DNA from: an uncultured Actinomycetota bacterium
GTDB lineage: Bacteria > Actinomycetota > Actinomycetes > Streptosporangiales > Streptosporangiaceae
NCBI GenBank assembly: GCA_963805715.1
Contig: CAWDVK010000013.1
Span: 80,352-144,351, forward strand
Direction: 5' to 3'
DNA: 64,000 nucleotides
Shown here: positions 60,800 to 64,000 of the stretch, piece after piece
Layout of the letters: each line of letters opens with the position of its first letter
How positions within the stretch are numbered: the stretch's first letter is position 1
Notes under the pieces: generated by a model
Told to the model about the DNA's origin: nothing
Databases searched by the model: none
Seen by the model: only the letters and a program-made list of their open reading frames with translations
Translations under genes and position numbers: made by a program

Positions 60800-61395
60800 T
60801 GAGCGACCAGCAGACTGCGCCCCCGGCCGCCGGGCAGCTGACCCCGTCGCAGACGGTCGGGCCATTCCTGGCCATCGGGCTGCCCTGGCCCGACGGCCCG
60901 CAGGTGGCCGGACCGGACGCCGAGGGCGCCATCACGATCAGCGGCCGGGTGCTGGACGGGACGGGCGAGCCGGTACCTGACGCGCTGGTGGAGACGTGGC
61001 AGGCGGCACCAGACGGGAGTTTCGCCCATCCCGATGACCCGCGCGGCGGGGAAGACCCGGCGTTCCGCGGGTTCGGCCGCTGCCCGACGGACGCCGGCGG
61101 CCGCTACCAGATCAGCACCGTGCGGCCCGGCGCGCTGCCCGGCCCGGACGGCCGGATGGCGGCACCGCACATCGACGTGTCCGTCTTCGCGCGCGGGCTG
61201 CTCGACCGGGTCGTCACCAGGATCTACTTCGGCGATGAGGCGGAGGCCAACGCGGCGGACCCGGTGCTGTCATCGATCTCCGACGAGGGCCGGCGCCGGA
61301 CGCTCGTCGCCACTGCGGAAGGCGACCGGCCGGGAAGGTTCCGTTTCGATATCCGGTTGCAGGGCAGCGGCGAGACCGTCTTCTTCGATGTCTGA
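60799..61395 (+). CDS. pcaG: Protocatechuate 3,4-dioxygenase alpha subunit
   Basis: PcaG-typical (TPSQTVGPFLAIGL, GRYQISTVRPGALPGPDG). Confidence 0.9.
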   Translation: MSDQQTAPPAAGQLTPSQTVGPFLAIGLPWPDGPQVAGPDAEGAITISGRVLDGTGEPVPDALVETWQAAPDGSFAHPDDPRGGEDPAFRGFGRCPTDAGGRYQISTVRPGALPGPDGRMAAPHIDVSVFARGLLDRVVTRIYFGDEAEANAADPVLSSISDEGRRRTLVATAEGDRPGRFRFDIRLQGSGETVFFDV

Positions 61396-61410
61396 GCCGG
61401 CCCCAGGCGA

Positions 61411-61860
61411 GTGCGGCTCGCGGCCAGCCTGCAGGGGCCGGCCGGGGCGCCGGTGGTCGTGCTAGGGGGAACTTCGGTCAGGCAACTCGCTGGGCACCAG
61501 CTCGTCGCTGTGGGACCCGCAGCTGCCTGCGCTGGCGCGGCATTTCCGGGTGCTGCGCTACGAGCACCGCGGTCACCGCGGTCACGGCGCGCCAAGCGCG
61601 CGCTCGCCGGCCCCGGCCTGGGCCTGTGCTGCACGTCCGCCTGCCGCCGGCCTCCGCCTGGGCCGAGCGCGCCGCGGCCGTGCGCCGCGACGGTACCGCC
61701 TCGATCGCCGGGCAGGTAGTCGGCGTCGGGCATCCCGTCCGCGCGGCTCGCGGTGATCAGGGGAGCGGCGCACCTGGCCAACGTCTCGGCGGCCGGCCAG
61801 GTGGCGGCCTTGCTGCTGGCGCACCTGCTGGCCATCCCCTCGTCGTGATCCGGCCGGCCG
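61411..61860 (+). pseudogene. pcaD: 3-oxoadipate enol-lactonase remnant (multiple frameshifts, catalytic Ser region deleted)
   Basis: PcaD-like segments are scattered over three frames: GAPVVVLGG; SLGTSSSLWDPQLPALARHFRVLRYEHRGHRGHG; LGLCCTSA. The GxSxG nucleophile segment is absent. Confidence 0.5.
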
Positions 61861-62050
61861 CGCCCCGGGACCGACCGCACCGCCCGCCGGGGCCTGCTGT
61901 TGTGCGAGAGTGGGGATCACCAGCCCGCTCCGGTATCCCGATAGTGATCTGCATGGAGCCGGCGGCCTGGTGCTTCATCCTGATAGACAGTCACACGGGA
62001 GTTTCCCGGCAGGCTGGCCTCACAAGGGCGTCCCGGCGAGAAGAGAAGCT

Positions 62051-63025
62051 ATGAACGACCCTGGCGGCGCCCGTGTCGCCGTTTATATCGACTTCGACAA
62101 CATCGTGATCTCACGTTACGACCAGGTTCATGGCCGGGGCCAGTTCCAGCGTGACAAGGTGCGCGGGTTCAGCAGGGCCGACAGATCGGCCGATCCCGAG
62201 GTCGCGGAGAAGCTCCGGCGCGCCACCGTGGACGTCGGCGCGGTGATCGACTTCGCCTCGTCGTTCGGCACCCTGGTGCTGACCCGCGCCTATGCGGACT
62301 GGTCAGCCCCCGTGAACGCCGACTACCGCGGGCAGCTCGTCAGCCGCGCAGTGGACTTGGTGCAGCTTTTTCCGGCCGCCGCCTACGCCAAGAACGGTGC
62401 CGACATCAGGCTGGCCGTGGATGCGGTGGAGGACATGTTCCGCCTTCCCGACCTGACCCACGTGGTGATCGTGGCCGGGGACTCGGACTACATCGCCCTC
62501 GCCCAGCGGTGCAGGCGCCTGGGCCGTTACGTCGTGGGCGTCGGCGTCGCCGGATCAACCAGCAGATCGCTCGCCGCGGCGTGCGACGAACTTGTCACCT
62601 ACGACGCGCTGCCGGGCATCACCCCTTCCGGCACGCCCCCGCTGGCCGACGCACCCGAGAAGGCGGAGGAGGCAGACCGCGAGGAATCCGGCAGCGCGCC
62701 GCCCGCGCGGGGCTCGCGTCGTGGCCAGCGGCCGGCGGCCTCGGTGACCGATGAGACGGAACTCGATTCTGAAGATCCGCAAGAGCTGGCGACCAGGCTC
62801 CTTGAACGGGCGCTGCGACTCGGCCAGGAAAAGGACGACGCGGACTGGCTGCATAGCTCTGCGGTGAAGAGCCAGATGAGGCGCATGGACCCGTCATTTA
62901 GCGAGAGGGCGCTGGGCTATCGCTCATTCTCAGATTTCGTGAAGTCACGAGAAGCCATCGCCGAGCTTGATGAGACGAGCCCCGCGCGGCTGGTGCGGCT
63001 CAACCCGTCCATCACCGCGCAGTAG
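62051..63025 (+). CDS. NYN (PIN-like) nuclease domain protein with C-terminal OST-HTH/LOTUS domain
   Basis: NYN N-terminus VAVYIDFDNI...VIVAGDSDY. C-terminal LOTUS-like LLERALRLGQEKDDADWLHSSAVKSQMRRMDPSFSERALGYRSFSDFV. Confidence 0.65.
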   Translation: MNDPGGARVAVYIDFDNIVISRYDQVHGRGQFQRDKVRGFSRADRSADPEVAEKLRRATVDVGAVIDFASSFGTLVLTRAYADWSAPVNADYRGQLVSRAVDLVQLFPAAAYAKNGADIRLAVDAVEDMFRLPDLTHVVIVAGDSDYIALAQRCRRLGRYVVGVGVAGSTSRSLAAACDELVTYDALPGITPSGTPPLADAPEKAEEADREESGSAPPARGSRRGQRPAASVTDETELDSEDPQELATRLLERALRLGQEKDDADWLHSSAVKSQMRRMDPSFSERALGYRSFSDFVKSREAIAELDETSPARLVRLNPSITAQ

Positions 63026-63130
63026 GCAGTTCGCCGGCGAGCGGCTGCTCACCACGATCCGCAGAGCACGCGGGGGCGCCAGCAACTCGGCCACCACGGG
63101 CGCGGCATCAGCCGCCGGCCAGGTGAGTGA

Positions 63131-63976
63131 TCAGCCGCCGTCAGCCGGGGCGTGGCCAGGTTTCCGCAGGCTCGCAGCGAAGACCCCGCCCATCCAGGAT
63201 CCGTTCAGCCGTGACTCAGGCGGAGCCAGCTGCGCGCCGGCCACTGCGCCGAGCAAGGCGCCGATAACGGCGAACAGCGGGCTCCAGAACAGCACTGGCC
63301 ACCAGCCGACGAGGATCGTGATCATCAGGCCGGCGATCGTCCCGGCCGCCATGCCTGCCCCCAGGCCCTGGCGGACGCGCGGCCACTCGGGCGTGCGGAC
63401 AGGGTCGGGCTCGCCGGGCCCGCTGGCGCGGATCTGGCGAACGTCGTCGCTGCTGCCGGCGGCCGGGGTCCGCCGGGCCGCCACCAGGGCCACAGCGCCG
63501 GTGACCAGCAGCAGAACTGGCATCACTATCCCGAGATGGGCCAGGTTCATCGCGATCGCGAGTCCCCCCAGACCGCCAGGCTGCACGGGAAGGTCGGCCG
63601 CCACCTTGATGAGGCCGACAAGCAGGCTGCAGGCAGCACCCGCCGCAGCGCCGATGCCCAGGCTCACCGCAGTCAGCTCGGACCTGCGCGACGTGGCAGC
63701 AAGGATCCCGGCTGCGTACAGGCCGGTGCACAACTGGAACGGGCCGAACCAGAACAGCACCCAGCAGCCGGCGATGGCCACGAGAACAGCCGCGACGCGA
63801 GTGCGCCGCCCGGCCGAGAGGACCAGGACCACTGTCAGCAGGACGGCCAGCAGTGCCAGGTCTCTCGCCTCGCCCGCCAAGCGGAAGTTTCCCAGCGCTC
63901 CGCCCGGCTCGTGGTCGCCCACGCGCCGGCCGGAGCAGTCTGGTCCAGGTGGACCACGGACACGACCATGGCACAC
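63131..63976 (-). CDS. Hypothetical polytopic membrane protein
   Basis: About 6 hydrophobic helices. No family recognised. Confidence 0.4.
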   Translation of the reverse strand: MCHGRVRGPPGPDCSGRRVGDHEPGGALGNFRLAGEARDLALLAVLLTVVLVLSAGRRTRVAAVLVAIAGCWVLFWFGPFQLCTGLYAAGILAATSRRSELTAVSLGIGAAAGAACSLLVGLIKVAADLPVQPGGLGGLAIAMNLAHLGIVMPVLLLVTGAVALVAARRTPAAGSSDDVRQIRASGPGEPDPVRTPEWPRVRQGLGAGMAAGTIAGLMITILVGWWPVLFWSPLFAVIGALLGAVAGAQLAPPESRLNGSWMGGVFAASLRKPGHAPADGG

Positions 63977-64000
63977 AACGCCGCGCAGCCGCCGATCCGC

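Overview
High-GC (about 70%) actinobacterial chromosomal window in which housekeeping and catabolic genes sit among an unusually large number of gene remnants and IS fragments. Confidently recognised genes: proS; a tricorn-type protease; mmsA; gabT plus two further class-III aminotransferases; an Lrp regulator and an aldehyde dehydrogenase; a CPA-type cation/H+ antiporter; a protocatechuate pathway block pcaB-pcaC-pcaI-pcaJ-pcaH-pcaG followed by a decayed pcaD; galE; GH15; an SPFH protein; and a NYN-LOTUS protein. Gene remnants: at least nine genes are visibly truncated, internally deleted or frameshifted. These are a TPP enzyme, a LAL-type regulator, a TetR, an aryl/benzoate-CoA ligase, an SDR, a PQQ beta-propeller, a DUF336 protein, an NB-ARC/TPR fragment and pcaD. 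Most interesting locus: a roughly 13-kb mosaic segment (about 38.7 to 51.7 kb) bounded by an IS4-like and an IS1182-like transposase remnant appears to have split a PelF-like (DUF3492-GT4) glycosyltransferase gene lying upstream of a low-GC galE/PelX-like epimerase. The inserted segment carries a GT2 processive-synthase-like membrane glycosyltransferase, a lipoprotein with a glycoside-hydrolase-like fold and a GT-C (ArnT/PMT-like) membrane glycosyltransferase, preceded by a 1-kb AT-rich non-coding leader. It also carries a GNAT, an IS110, a VOC protein and a GH15 enzyme. The GT2/hydrolase/GT-C trio looks like an uncharacterised, horizontally acquired exopolysaccharide or glycoconjugate module. 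Several tandem repeats, hairpins and operator-like direct repeats are also noted. No rRNA, tRNA or CRISPR array was found.
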